Shown in pieces: positions 36,752 through 50,083 of a stretch of 64,000 nucleotides of DNA; position 1 is the first letter of the stretch; the number at the start of each line of letters is the position of its first letter. The translations under genes and the position numbers were made by a program. The stretch is from Blepharisma stoltei ATCC 30299 (taxonomy: Eukaryota > Protista > Ciliophora), in the NCBI GenBank assembly GCA_965603825.1, contig CBFDEM010000020.1, forward strand, positions 682,001 to 746,000. Direction: 5' to 3'. Under the pieces are notes generated by a model. The model did not search any database and was not told the DNA's origin. It was given only the letters and a program-made list of their open reading frames with translations.

Positions 36752-37229
36752 TGTTTATAGAATTATTTTAATTTATTATGAGCTTGTATTGATGAATAAT
36801 CAGATATTTATATAAATAGTAAATATCATTCATCTGTATTTTGTTGGAAAAAATATGCTTTGATATTATCTTGCTTTGCGTTTTCGAGAGTGAGCGAGTT
36901 TTTTAGCTTAGCAATTATAAAGGATCCTTATGCATCAAGCTTTTATTACTTATTTTCTAGAATATTTAAAAAAATCGTATAATTTAGCCCTATTTTATAA
37001 ATAATTGTTAAATCCTCACAAAGTTAGATATTTTTTCAAGCAATTTGATATTTAATTATTTTACAATTATGAAGCTAACTTAGCTCATTTCACATACTTT
37101 AACAATCCGGTTAATTTTCTTTTTCTGAATTAATTCTATAACAATAATTTAAGTCCTACTCTAGCTTGGTGAACATTTCTTTGACATTTTAACGTTTAAG
37201 AATTCTATTATTTGTATAATAATATCAAG

Positions 37230-37406
37230 ATGTTCAGACCTCTTCTACACTTATCAAAGCCAAAAATTGTATTAAAACCTTCACTGTTTACAGATCAGGC
37301 AAGAATGGATGTTGCTGCCAAAATCAATAGCGAGTTCTCCTTCGCTATCAATTCCGAGAAAATCGAGAAAGATCAGAAGCCTACAAGACCTGCTGTTAAT
37401 AAATAA
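37230..37406 (+). CDS. Small ORF (58 aa) with a mitochondrial-presequence-like start, or the 5' part of a decayed gene
   Basis: MFRPLLHLSKPKIVLK..; ATG follows an AT-rich spacer. Confidence 0.4.
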   Translation: MFRPLLHLSKPKIVLKPSLFTDQARMDVAAKINSEFSFAINSEKIEKDQKPTRPAVNK

Positions 37407-37949
37407 TTTGTTATTAATAAAGAACACAATCCAAAGCAAGAAACTCAGGCTTTGATTCATAAATTCATAATATGGACTCTTTCGATCCAGAACAGAAATT
37501 GAAAAAATTCTGAAATTTTGATTTGCGGATTGACCTTGATTCTGTTCTTTAAGTTAAAAATAAGACAGATTGGACTTTTTGGAAGATACTTAATAAATCT
37601 CAACAATAGAAAAAAGGAAAATATTGTTTGAAAGAAAAGGAAAAAAGCGCGAATATTTTTGCAAGAATAAAACCTAAAGGTATAATTGCTAGAAATGTTG
37701 AAAAGGGTTATAGAGCTGTTAAATAGAAATATCAACAAGTGCTAAGTCCTGAATAAATAGAATAGTAAAAAATTAAAGAGGTCAGTATATGATGAAATTT
37801 TATTTATGATAAATGAGCTTATTTTTAGTCATTTTTTCATACTTTTTAATCGCTTAATAAGCAAAATATACAGAAGAATTTACTAAATTTATTTTTTATA
37901 AAATTTATTAAAGAAGAGAAGTTATATAATCACATCACTATAAGGGTGC

Positions 37950-38939
37950 TTAATGAAGAGTATTTTCACAGCTGAATTCCTGAGTGTCAGATGTTTCCAC
38001 CTGAATTGTATTATGGTTTATTCCATATTTATTTTGTAATAAAGATGTAGCTTTCTGCAATGCAGCATGTGTATCTCTAGCAATAAGATGGCATGACATT
38101 GAATTCTTCCCAAGGCTTAAGCTTCAAACATGCAAATCATGCACTTCTTTTACCTCTTCAATCTATATAAATCATACGCTTAGCAGTTCCATATACATTG
38201 CATCAACATCAATATCTATTGGGCTTCCTTCCATAAGTATTCCTATACACTTTTTGATTATTGGAAAAGTCGTAAATGTCACTAATATAGAGAACACAAA
38301 AGTGCATATAGGATCTGCAATACTCCAGTCAGGATTTCATAAAATGATGGCTGCAGCTATAATAACTCCAATACTTTGAATTAGATCACCTAAAACATGT
38401 AAAGTTGCCGCTTTTATATTGACATCTTCTTCATGAGCATGGTCATGCCCAGTGCTTATATCTGAATGGCTGTGAGAAGAGTGCAAGATAACCCCCATAA
38501 CAATATTGCTTAATAATCCTATAAGTGCCGTTATCATCATAATTCATCCATCAACAATTCCTGGACTTTGGATTCTTTCGATTGCTTCATAAACAAGCCA
38601 AATTGTTAACCCTCATATCAGGGCAACACTAATGACTGCTCCAATAATTTCGGCTCGATGATAACCATAAGACATTATCATAGAAGCTGGCCTTACTGCG
38701 ATATAAAGTGACGCTATCGAAATAGCAAAACCTGAGAGGTCTGAAAACATATGAGCAGCATCTGTCATAATTGCAAGTGAGTTTGCTAAAAGCCCTCCTA
38801 TTATTTCAACAATCATAAAGAAAAAGCATATACCAGACGTAATATAAAGCTTAGTTAATGATTGCTTATTTCGTCGATGGCAGTGCTTCTTTTTTGTATC
38901 GGATTGAATAAGAGGCACTTTTATAGTGATATCTGACAT
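37950..38939 (-). CDS. Cation diffusion facilitator zinc transporter (SLC30A/ZnT2-like), ~329 aa
   Basis: SLAIMTDAAHMFSD, SYGYHRAE, His-rich loop, HVLGDLIQS, HDLHV(W=TGA 38124)SLS. Confidence 0.93.
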
Positions 38940-39211
38940 TGCTATTAAGATATTTTCTATTTAAAATAATATCGGTATCTCATTTTACTAATGGTGCATA
39001 TCCGAAAAGTAACATATAAATTTTTTATATTACAAAAATTCTTTTTAGACTAGATATGTCGATCATCATATTTATGTAGATGCTCAATATAAAATACTAT
39101 TTTTAGAATTCGAGTGTTTGTAAAATTAAATACAAAAGAAAATTCAAATAATATAAATTTTAAGCTTTATAAATAGCCAACTTATTAATTGTTTTGAAAA
39201 TAATTATAAAA

Positions 39212-40783
39212 ATGAGCAGATTTAAGCCCATAACAGATGACTTAAAACTTCTTAGCAAAGAACTAGAAAATTTAAGAAGGATGAAAAGAGGAGAATGCGA
39301 ACAAGTAAGCACACCAACTCGAGAATTAAGTGAAAATGGGCTGAATGAAGAGTGCCCAAGTTCAAAAATTTCAATTGAAACTAATAGAGAAAGAATTTCA
39401 AATGAATCAGATATTAAAAAGATTCGTGAAAAAATTAAAATTGAACCTATTGAAGATTATAAAGGCATAAGACAAAACGATTCACCAAAATATCAAAAAG
39501 TCAGCAACACAAACTTAGTGCTTGAAAGAATCAGAAATATCTCGCTTCCTAGAACTAAGAGGAATTTTTCATCCACCTCAACTCCATGCAAGAATGACTC
39601 ATCATTTAATGCTTTGCACTACAAATACTCAGAGCTCGAAGAAACAATCAAGAAGCCAGAAACATCAAAAGAAATCTTAAAAGAACAAATTATGAATATT
39701 TTAGAATCTCTCGACCAGGATATGCCTTACACCGAAAGAGCTAGTGACATAAAGCCTCCTGCACTTTATTTAAAAAACATAGAATCAGCTGGTGCCTCAC
39801 CTTCCCAAAACAGTCCCCACTCAGTCGCAGAGTCTTATTTCTTAAATAAAAACTATTCATCACTTGCATCACACTTAAGGAAACAAGAAGAAACCAAAAT
39901 TCTGATAGACGACGAAATAGATAATATGAAGCATAAAATATCAGAGCTTAAAGTAAATAATGCTGTGAAACTAGAAAACGAAAAAATAAGGAACCTTAAA
40001 TTGCAAAGCAGCATCAGTAAAGTTGAAAAAGATCCCCAAATTTCTGCATTAATAGAAGTCTATGAAGATGAGATCTGAAAACTTGAAAAAAATATTCAGA
40101 ATTTAAGGGCAGATTTAATCAAATTTTGTGAAGAAGTAGAAAAAAAGAACCCTCAGCCTACTACAAATAAGCATAAAACAATTATGCTAATTCAAACAAT
40201 AAAAACTCTCCAGCAAGAACTGCAAATAAAAGAAATGGAAATTTATAATCTTAAAAAACATGATAGAATATTCACTATAAATAGAAAAACTCTTGAGATT
40301 ACAAACAGCAAGGTGAGGCAGCTTCAAAATAAAGTGACAAAAAAAAGCTCAATCCTAAAAGAATGCGAATCAGTACACAAAGAATCAGAAGATACTTACA
40401 ACGCAATGAAACAAGAAAATTTGTGACTTAAAACAAGCCTAGAAAAGGCTAGAGAAGATTGTGAATTTTTAATGCAGGAATTAAAATCTCTTAAAGAGAC
40501 ATCTTCAATGCCCAAAAAAAGCTCCCTAGCTACTGAGGATAAAAAAGCAATCTTTTTGATAGATAGGCTTGAAAAAGCAATAAATGAAACCAATTCAGCA
40601 AAAGCAGCTGATTTGATAAGATGCCTGAAAAATGAGATTGAAAATATATACATCGACTTGCACAATAAAAAAGAGCAGGAGCAAAACCTTTTAGACATGC
40701 TTGTAGACATGAAATCTGACACTTCTAGCATAGGAAAAGAGATAAATAGGAAGCTTAGGAAAGATTTGCTGTCTTTAATTTAA
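39212..40783 (+). CDS. Uncharacterised coiled-coil protein, ~523 aa
   Basis: Three same-frame ORFs joined by TGA at 40076 and 40424. Confidence 0.7.
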
Positions 40784-40819
40784 ATGTATTTATGAATGAG
40801 TAATTATAAAAATATTCAT

Positions 40820-41362
40820 ATGATTTTTTTCATCTTTTTACACATTGCTAGTGCAGCACTTTTAGGAGAAAGAACAGTTTTGACGAGTTCAGCTGTAGAA
40901 GGAGAGCTTCTTAGGGTCAGGTATGTTTTAAATAATACTTTTGAACAGTAATCTCAAATTAGTGAAATCCGTAATGTGGCTCTTTTCGACCCGAGCTTTA
41001 CAAGATCAAATGTAATCTTTGTTGAAGGCAAGTCCAAAGCGAAGCTGACATATGGCACCATAAAATCTGGGAAAGCTTACCATGTTGATTTAGACATGAT
41101 CCCTAGATCTCCAAATAAAATACCATTACTCATAGCAAATGCTACTTATGAGCTTCCAGATTCATCTATTCAGACAATTCCTTTATTTTCTGAAGGGGAA
41201 ATCAACGTAATATCTAAGCGAAAGTCTTTCCTCAATGACGTGAAAGTATCACAAGTATTTTATCTTTGGCTTTTTATGTGCCTTATCACAATTGTCCCAA
41301 TCCTCTATTCTTTTCAAATCAGAAAAGCAAAGAATAATTTAATTAAGTCAAAATCAAGCTAA
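40820..41362 (+). CDS. SSR2: Translocon-associated protein beta (TRAP-beta), ~175 aa
   Basis: Signal peptide, AVEGELLRVRYVLNN..NVALFDPSF..ANATY, C-terminal TM; 15-nt intron at 40948-40962. Confidence 0.75.
40948..40962 (+). other. 15-nt intron GTAATCTCAAATTAG
   Basis: Removes an in-frame TAA. Confidence 0.9.
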
Positions 41363-41380
41363 ATTAGTATCTAAATAAAA

Positions 41381-42340
41381 ATGTTTAGAGCCAGGTCTCT
41401 AGCAAGGTCTTTTTCAATACTAGATTACAAAAACTCAGCCTCGCTTTTAGACTCTTACATGAGCAGTATCCCTGGGCCAGGCTTGTCCCCAGCAGCTGAG
41501 TATGCAGCCCTCCCAAAAGTTGGTATGCTTTCAGGAGTCTATGAAGCCACACGTGATTTAGCAATTGTAATAGCTACATAGGACATAATTACTGCAGTTA
41601 ACGACATGGGCTATGGAATGGGAGTTGGCATTATATGTATATCTGTTGGTTTCCGTATAATTTACAGCCCAATTCTCTTATGGTCGCAAATTATTGGGCT
41701 TAAGCTTAAAATGATACAGCCAGAAATGAATAAACATAGAAGCGATATGCAGCAGGTATATCAAACAGGAAATAGAAAACAGCTAGCTGTATTGAACGCT
41801 AATTTCAGCAGACTTAAAAAAAGCTTTGGAATCAGGCAAGATGCTCAGTTGTATTCATTGACTCAAATTCCATTTTTAATCTCTTTCTTTTTTACCTTGC
41901 AAGAAATAGCATACTCACCAGATATTTATCCAGGGATGCTTACAGATGGCTTTTTGTGGTTTCAAAATCTTACAGAGCCAGACCCTTATTATATTTTACC
42001 AATAGCGTTTTCGGTCTGCAATTTTTTGAATATTCTTAAAAGTCCAACTACATCGGGAGCAGCAGGCCAATGAGCTAGATATGCTAAATTTATGAAATAT
42101 TTTACGCTTTTAACTATTCCGGTATCAGGGCTGATGCCTGCCGCTATTGTGCTAAATTGGTTTATTATGAGCTTTTTCCAATTGATATGCAGTTCTTTGG
42201 TTTATACAAAAACTGGTAGAAAATTATTGACAATCCCAGAAATTCTGCCAGGAAGCCATACAGATAAGATAGCAAAAAAAGCAGCTGCGACGCAAATTAT
42301 AAAGCCAGTAATATATTCACAAAAGCCGACTAATAAGTAA
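41381..42340 (+). CDS. OXA1: Mitochondrial Oxa1/YidC-family insertase, ~314 aa
   Basis: Presequence MFRARSLARSF; QIPFLISFF, GFLWFQNLTEPDPYYILP, AIVLNW; intron 41567-41581; TGA 42071. Confidence 0.85.
41567..41581 (+). other. 15-nt intron GTAATAGCTACATAG
   Basis: Removes an in-frame TAG. Confidence 0.9.
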
Positions 42341-43021
42341 GAATTTTATTGAGCTAGAGTAGTATAGTAATTCTATTGATTGATCTTTTTACCAGATCAT
42401 AATGTTTTTGATTATATTTTAAACTAAAGCAGCTTAATATAAAAATTCAGTTTATAGTAAAGTAAAATTTCTACTATAATATGCTACTTTAATAAAAAAT
42501 TTATAATTTTGTATGGGAATTTTAGAAATGCTTCGTTTGCATTTCTTTTTTATTACAAGATAGCAATCTTTTATGGCTAATTTGAAATGATACTTAACTT
42601 TTGTCTAATGATTTAGGATTAAGATATAATTATCAATGATATCCCATATAATTTCATAAACTAACTCTGTCTTATTCATTCAATACTAATATTTAGCATA
42701 TGAATAAAATATGCCTAAATATTTATAGATATAAAGTAAGAGCTTCAGAAATAAATTTATTTAAGTATAACATGAATTTAAATTATCAAAATCAGCAATC
42801 ACCCTGAAACTTTTAAAAAAGTTTCCATTTATTCCCGACATACTATTAATCTTTTTTCTTCTTAATTTAGATTTGAAACTCTCATTTTTCAAGCTACTTA
42901 TTTTCCTTAAAAAAACTTACTGCTAGATTAATCTTTTGATAACACTTTAGCATTATTTTTTTCTGATGCTGTAACAAAATTTTGCTCATCTTCATTTATT
43001 CATTGTAAAATAATCAAGTAA

Positions 43022-44428
43022 ATGGAAACCCCTGGCGTGAGCGACGATGAAGAATTTTTTGATGCATTTGAAACCACAATGCAGCTGAAACTGAATCTAT
43101 CCAACATTGACATAGAAACAAAAAGCTTGGACTCTCTGAGTGTCGCAGAATCAGAGCCTAAGCAAATAGAAAATTCTCATAGTCCTTTATACGACTCAAC
43201 TCCTCAAATTTTTTTATCTGACTATTCCACCTATAACTCCTTATCCCATAAAGACCCAGATCTTTCGAAATCTAACATTTCTACGCCTTCAATAAAAAAT
43301 CTTATTAAAAAGCATCACAAAGATTATTTCGAATTTGCTGATGCCGAACAAATCCAAGAGATAGATTTGGATTCAAACACCAGCAATAAAATATTAGTAC
43401 TTAAATTCAGCCCCGACGGCAGATTTTTAGCTATAAGTGGCCAAAATCCTGAGATTAAGCTATATGAAGTGTACAGACAGAGGGTCCATGGACCTCAGAA
43501 TTTGTTTTATGATGTGCCTTATAATGTTATGATTGGGCATACCTTGCCAGTTCTTGATATTTCGTGATCTCAAAGTTCGACTTACTTTCTTTCTGCAAGT
43601 GAAGATTGGAATGTTTTTCTTTGGAGTATTGCAAACTCTACTTCAGTTTTACAGTTCAAGCACCCAAATACTGTGAGCTGTGTTTGCTTTCACCCATTTA
43701 ACGCAAATCATTTTCTATCAGGCTGTCATGATAAGACAGTCAGGATTTGGAATATTCCGAACTACACCGTTGTATGCTCAGCAGAAGCTCCTGAAATTAT
43801 AACAGCGGGAAGCTTTACACCTAATGGAGATTTGATACTTCTTGGCTTACTCCATGGCCAGTGTCTTGTATATGAGCCTCAGTTTGAAGAGGAAAAATTA
43901 AACTTACTCACTCAAATTAACTGTAAAAATAGTAGAGGTAGAAAAAGTATGGGCAGAAGAGTGACTGGGTTTGACTTTTTAGATGAGCAGCAGGCACTTA
44001 TAACTACAAATGATTCAAGGATGAGGCTATATAACTTAAAGGATTTCACATTAAAACAAAAATACAAAGGCCTAGTCAATGAGAAGTTTCCTATAAAATC
44101 GACTTTCTCCCACAACTTAATGCATGCAGTATCTGGGTCAGAAAATGGATGTATATATGTCTGAAACACCTACTGCACATGGGCGCCTAAAATAAATCCT
44201 ATTTTTTCAAGGAAAAAGAACTTCAAAAACTACAGTTATGAGTGTTTCCCTGCTTCCAACACAAGAGCTCTTTGCTCTGCGATTTTTGCCCCTGATAAAG
44301 TTGTAAAGGAGGTCCAGACGCGCAATAAAAGTTCAAAAAGTGACCATATAGTAAGTCATATAGTTGTAGTAGCGTGCGAAGGGAAATTGAAAATTTTTTA
44401 TAATCAATTTAAGATCATGACATGGTAA
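43022..44428 (+). CDS. WDR44: WDR44 (Rab11-binding protein)-like WD40 protein, ~468 aa
   Basis: N-terminal FFAT EEFFDAFE; KFSPDGRFLA, GH..VLDIS(W)S, FHP...HFLSGC.D..VRIW, LITTNDSRMRLY..KYKG, SGSE.G.IYV(W). Confidence 0.8.
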
Positions 44429-44593
44429 TATATCTGTTTAAAAATTAGCCCGAAGTTATATAAATCTAAAATAAAATTTCACCATATAAAAAACGATAGA
44501 CTCGAAATTTTTTCCTTATATTTTATAAGCCAAAATATCAAGCATAATGAAAATAATTCAAATTGATTCATAAATTAGACTCATAAAGAAAAA

Positions 44594-45238
44594 ATGAACA
44601 GTGCTCCAGAAGAAGACTACGACTTTCTATATAAGATTGTTCTAGTAGGAGACACAAGTGTAGGGAAAACCAACATCGTTTCTCGATACATAAAAAATTC
44701 TTTACCAAAGAATCAAAATCCTACCATTGGAGTTGAATTTGCAACAAGAGTCGTGACTCTTAAATCTGGAAGAACTGTAAAAGCACAAATCTGGGATACT
44801 GCAGGACAAGAAAGATATCATGCTATTGTATCTGCACATTACAGAAGAGCTATTGGAGCACTGTTAGTCTATGATATTACCAATGCCCGTTCTTTTGGCA
44901 ATGCACAGCGGTGGATTGAAGAATTGAAATCCAAGGCTGAGCCAGATATCGTTATTATGCTTGTTGGGAATAAAATTGATTTAGCGGCAAAAAACCCTGA
45001 AGCTAGGCAAGTGAGTACAGATCAAGCTAAGAAGTTTGCACAGGCTGAAGGGCTGATGTTTATTGAAACCTCTGCGGTAACTTCTACTATGATTAAAGAA
45101 GCCTTTGAAACGCTTTTGGAAGAAATTTATAGTAATTCGATGAAGAAGAGAAAAGGATCGATGGATGTATTTCCGAAACCTGATGGCCCACAAGTGAACT
45201 TGAGGATGGATAAGCCCGTAAATAAGCCTTGCTGCTAG
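44594..45238 (+). CDS. Rab11-like GTPase, 214 aa
   Basis: [47 protein letters not shown]; ends CC then TAG. Confidence 0.92.
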   Translation: MNSAPEEDYDFLYKIVLVGDTSVGKTNIVSRYIKNSLPKNQNPTIGVEFATRVVTLKSGRTVKAQIWDTAGQERYHAIVSAHYRRAIGALLVYDITNARSFGNAQRWIEELKSKAEPDIVIMLVGNKIDLAAKNPEARQVSTDQAKKFAQAEGLMFIETSAVTSTMIKEAFETLLEEIYSNSMKKRKGSMDVFPKPDGPQVNLRMDKPVNKPCC

Positions 45239-45493
45239 GACTCATTAATAATTTAATTCTTATATTCTTTATTTAGCTTATAGTCATCAGTATACTTGCT
45301 CAAAAATAGTCAGAAACCAAAAATTAATTTATTTTAAGTATTTCAAAAATTTTCTGCTCCTCTGAAATAGTGTCAGAAATTTAATTTTAAGCATAAAATT
45401 TATTAATATATATAAAAATTCATTTTATTCAGCAATACCGCTCAGGTAGATTAAACTAATATATAACTTTGATACCGACAGCAATAAAAATAA

Positions 45494-48400
45494 ATGGCAC
45501 TGCTAATTTTCTGTATCTTGCCAATAGTATTAACATGCGATTTCCCTGATTTGCCTCCACTAATCTCTTATTTATCGCCTGCATACGACGAAACAAATCA
45601 TTTGGAAGCATCAGGAAGATTTTTAGTCCCAAAAACCTCAATTACTTGGGATATATCAGTTTCAGTTGATTCATGATTTAGAATCAAAGCAGAGCCTCTT
45701 AATCATGATTTACAGCTATCCATTTATCAGAATAATTTTATTCTTAAGGCAACAGAATCAGTTCAAGACGAATTTCTCGCCATTTCTCAAAAATTAAATA
45801 TTGGGAATTATAAAATAACATTTGAGTTTATAAATACCATAAATAATGGAGAAACAGATAGCCTCAATGAAAACGACTGTAAGCTGCCCAATTTATATTT
45901 GAACATCGGAATTCATCCTTACACAAGACTAAAAGAATTAATCCCAGCCACTTTAAGTGACTACCAAGAAGGATTTCCTGATTTATCAAAAGTGAATGAC
46001 GCATTAAAATCTTTAGACTTATTTAGCGAAACTTATTCAGAAAATTATATAAAAATTTCTGATATCCCCAATGAAGATTCTGCGTTAAAAACTTATACTT
46101 TTCATAATCCAGTTATCAATGACGATATGAAAGATATTGGTTTTACAGGAATCTGGAAAGTTACTTTGTCAATCCATCATGATTTCTTAACCAGTGGAGG
46201 GATCGGAATCCTGCTTTCTAACAATAACAAAAAAAAGATCACCAATTTTTCAAAGCTCTCTTGCATAGCTAAAGGAGACTGTTTGATCGGAAAAAGGGTT
46301 GACAAAAATGCAATAACTTTATATACAGGGTTTAGTACTGGAGATTTTTATTTGACAATATTTTATGCTGGCATGACTTCAGAAGAAAAAGAAATGCTTA
46401 AGTCAATTGGAAATAAAATCCCATTTTCGATCCATGCAAACTTGGAGCCGGTTCTTGATAAAGAAGATAGGTTTAACTGTGAGGCTGCTCATATTCCTCA
46501 TTCTTTGAATTCTCCAGGTCTTCTAGACTCTAAAGGGTTTTTAAGATATTCTGATAGACTTATTGCTGATTTTTTTTCTCCAATTCAATACACTGAGTTT
46601 GAAATCAGCCAAAAATCAGTTATAAGGATTGTTACTGTGGAGCCTTCAGGAATTGATGTAGATATATTGCTGAAAGAATTAAATGGAAAAGAAATCGAAA
46701 AAAGCAGCGCTACAGGAGAAAGTGAAGGGATATTAAAGGTGATAAATGAAGGAAAATACAGAATTGAGTATAGGCTTGCGAATAGTCTTATGTCTAATCC
46801 AAGACATAAATTTTGTGAAACTTTTATGCTGGAAATCGGAATTTCCCCTTTTGAAGCAGTTGAAGGATTAGTTGAGTATCTTGGACTTAATTCGTGCAGG
46901 GATGACTCAGATGAGCTGCAAAATGAATTTTTGAAAATAAATACTATTTTAAGCTCAAAAAATGCGAATTTTGAGATGAATGCAGATGATAAAAAATTTT
47001 ATAAAGTTCCTATAAAATCAATATGGATAGGCGAAGAAGAGGTTTTTAGGGCAAATTTTAATATTGAAACAACTGCTTATTGCTATTTTGACATTTATTC
47101 TGATTTTGTTATTAATGATTTCACTATTTCGTTAGAAAAACAAATCTCGAAGAAAAAGCGACCAGAATTGATAAGAGGAGATACCTCAGATATGCTAAAA
47201 TTAGGGAAGCATAATAGAAGATCTTTTCAAGGAGAGCTTGGGCCTGGAATTTATACTTTTAAAATATGGACTGGGCCAACTTCTAAAGAAATAGTTTATG
47301 GTGAAAGCGTAGTTAAAACCAAAAAAGACAGCAATTTAAACATTTTGCCAAATTGTGGAGCATTTCAGTTAAGAATTCATGTATTTGCTGTAAAAGAAGA
47401 AAAATTAAGAAATTGGGCTTGCTATGAAAAAGATGCACAGCTAATACCTTCAACTTTTAATACTCTTGATAAATTAGGAGTTAAAGATACTCCAACAGGC
47501 TTATTGCCAGCGACTCAGTATTTTTCTTTAAATATAGTTGCTCCAAATTCTAAGCAAAATGATATAAGTCATGACATTACATTTTACTTTGAAGCAGAAA
47601 CCTTTCTTAGGGTTATTATTGAAAGCCAATCGTCACCAATGAAAATTAGCCTTAAAAAAGGCAGCAAAATTGAAATTATTGATGAATCAGCTACAAAGAG
47701 GCTTCCTTCTATCTACTCATTAAACCAAGTTTTAGAAAAGCATCAATTATACACCCTAGAAATCTCATATTACCCCATTAATTCTGATTTTTGCCATACT
47801 TATACAGCATTAATATCTCTAATTCCCACAGCTGATATCGAAAAAGGATACCTAAAATCGTGCACAAACCTCCTTCCAGATGCAAATTTTATAACTGAAA
47901 GACTATTGGATACTTCCACATTTTCTTTATTTGGCTTTAACAATGAAAATGGACTATCTTCACTGTCAAATGAGCCTTCTTATCAATTTTTGCAATCTTG
48001 CAAACCATTGAAAATTGAAATCCCTTTTACGGTAACAACTGAAGCTGCTATGATGACTGGCCATTTGCAATCAAATTTTGCACTATCTGGAATAATCCTA
48101 GAACTAGCACAAGATGACGAAATAGTCCATTGGGGCAGTTTCTATGCATCCCATCGTTTTGAGCTTCCACCAATACCAGTTCCTAAAGGTGAGTACACAT
48201 TGATTATTGAAGAAATTGAAAAATCTGCTATAAAAACCTGTGCATCATTTTCTGCAAGTGTGATAGCTGAGGACGTTTCTTTATGAGATGATTTAGAAGC
48301 TCTTGTAAGAAAAACAGAAACTTGTGCATACATTGACCAGCCTCAGTCTCTGAATCTTGTAGGTCAGCTTCAATCAGGAAATTTGCATTGGCATAAACTT

Positions 48401-50083
48401 TTAAAATTAGACACAATTCTTGAGTCCACAAGCTTTGAGTTTTCAGTTTTCCAGGACTCAATAATAAGAGTTTTTATAGTCCCACAGACTGAAATTTTAT
48501 TTACAATCAACTTAATTAAAAAATCCCGACCTATTGAAAGATTGTTCACTGTCGATATTTCACAGCTTTCTGATGGGTTACATTCAAGAATAAGCCCAGG
48601 AGATTATATATTAGAAATCACATATTCTAGTGAATATGGCATGACATCTCATAAGCTCTGCCCTACATTTGAGATGGATTTAGATATAAAACTGCTTAAA
48701 GACTACAATAAACTAGCATCAAAATTCATTTGTTCTGGGACTGCTGAGTTGCCGACTGTTTTTGATGGTAAAACAAGCATATCTGAGATGTCATATATGC
48801 ATAATTCAAAGCCTCTTAACCATTTAATTGAGGTAAATTTAGATAAAGATACTGAAATTGAGGCAAGAATTGCATTTGAAAACATCTTTTCAGGGTATAT
48901 TTCTATGGAATTGCTTAAAAATAATGCGGTTATTGGAAAATCAGTTGGAATTGAAAACTTCAGCGAGTTATTGCTGCCGCTTCCTAAAGGGAATTATAAA
49001 CTGCAAATAATTTCATCTTATAATGCAGAGCTTCCAAATGCCTGCTGGCCTTTAGAATTATCAATTCAAACAGAAGAATCTAAGCTAGAACTGCCTGTTG
49101 TAGGTGCAATGTTGCCTGGATCATTAAAATCAAAGGATGCTGAAGCTTTTGGAGGGCCTCAAGCTAAAGATGGATCTATAGATTTTGAAGGAACGTTTAT
49201 TATAAAAGAAAATATTGATTCAGAGGTCATGAAAATCTATGCACCGGAGCATGCTACAGTTAATATAAAAACTGTCTCTAATAGCCCTGACGTTATGATT
49301 GAAAGCGGGATATATCAAGATAAAAATTTCAGAGAGCCTTTAGATATAATAAAGCATAGAAAAGGATTTAAAAGCCATTTTTATGAATTGCAGCCTAGAA
49401 AAGAACCATATTATTTATTGCTGACATACACAAAAGAGCAATCATTTAAAAAGAGCACAACTTTTGACCTCAAAATTGTGATTAATGCTATTAAAGTGGT
49501 AGAAAAGCCACAAAAGGAAAATATTGAGAGCACTAATCAAGAAATAAAGGAAAAAGAAGTTGTGGCTGTACAAGAAAATAATGAAAATAAGATTAAAGCT
49601 ACTATTAAGAAAGCAGAAGATATTAAAAATCAAAATAATGATGAGCCTGAAAATGTGAGACCAACAGATCCTGTAGATCCATATAATATTGAAAAAGATT
49701 CACAAGAAAAACCTTCTGAATGCCATAAAAAGCTTGGGGAAAATAAGAAAAATGATTTTAATAATGAAAGCCAGATAGAATCTGAAAATAACGATGGAAT
49801 GAAAGATAATTTTGCTAAAGCCAAAAAAGACCCGTTTAGTAATAATATCAAAATTAAAAGAGATAACGAAATAGGATGGAGCACTTATGTTTATTATATA
49901 TTTTATATCACAATTGGTTTAGCTGCTGTTTATTTTATTTCTCACATGCAGAAAGCTCCTGCACCAGTGAGATATGAACCAATAAAAATGAAAAAACAGA
50001 AGCACACAGATGAGGATGAAGATATAATAGATCTTAGATCTACACGATTTGACAGTAAAACTGCAAAAATTGAAGATAATTAA
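45494..50083 (+). CDS. Large type I membrane/surface protein with repeated Cys-containing beta-rich modules, ~1529 aa
   Basis: Signal peptide MALLIFCILPIVLTC; one frame through TGA 45674 and 48284; acidic stalk; TM YVYYIFYITIGLAAVYFI; short cytosolic tail. Confidence 0.8.
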
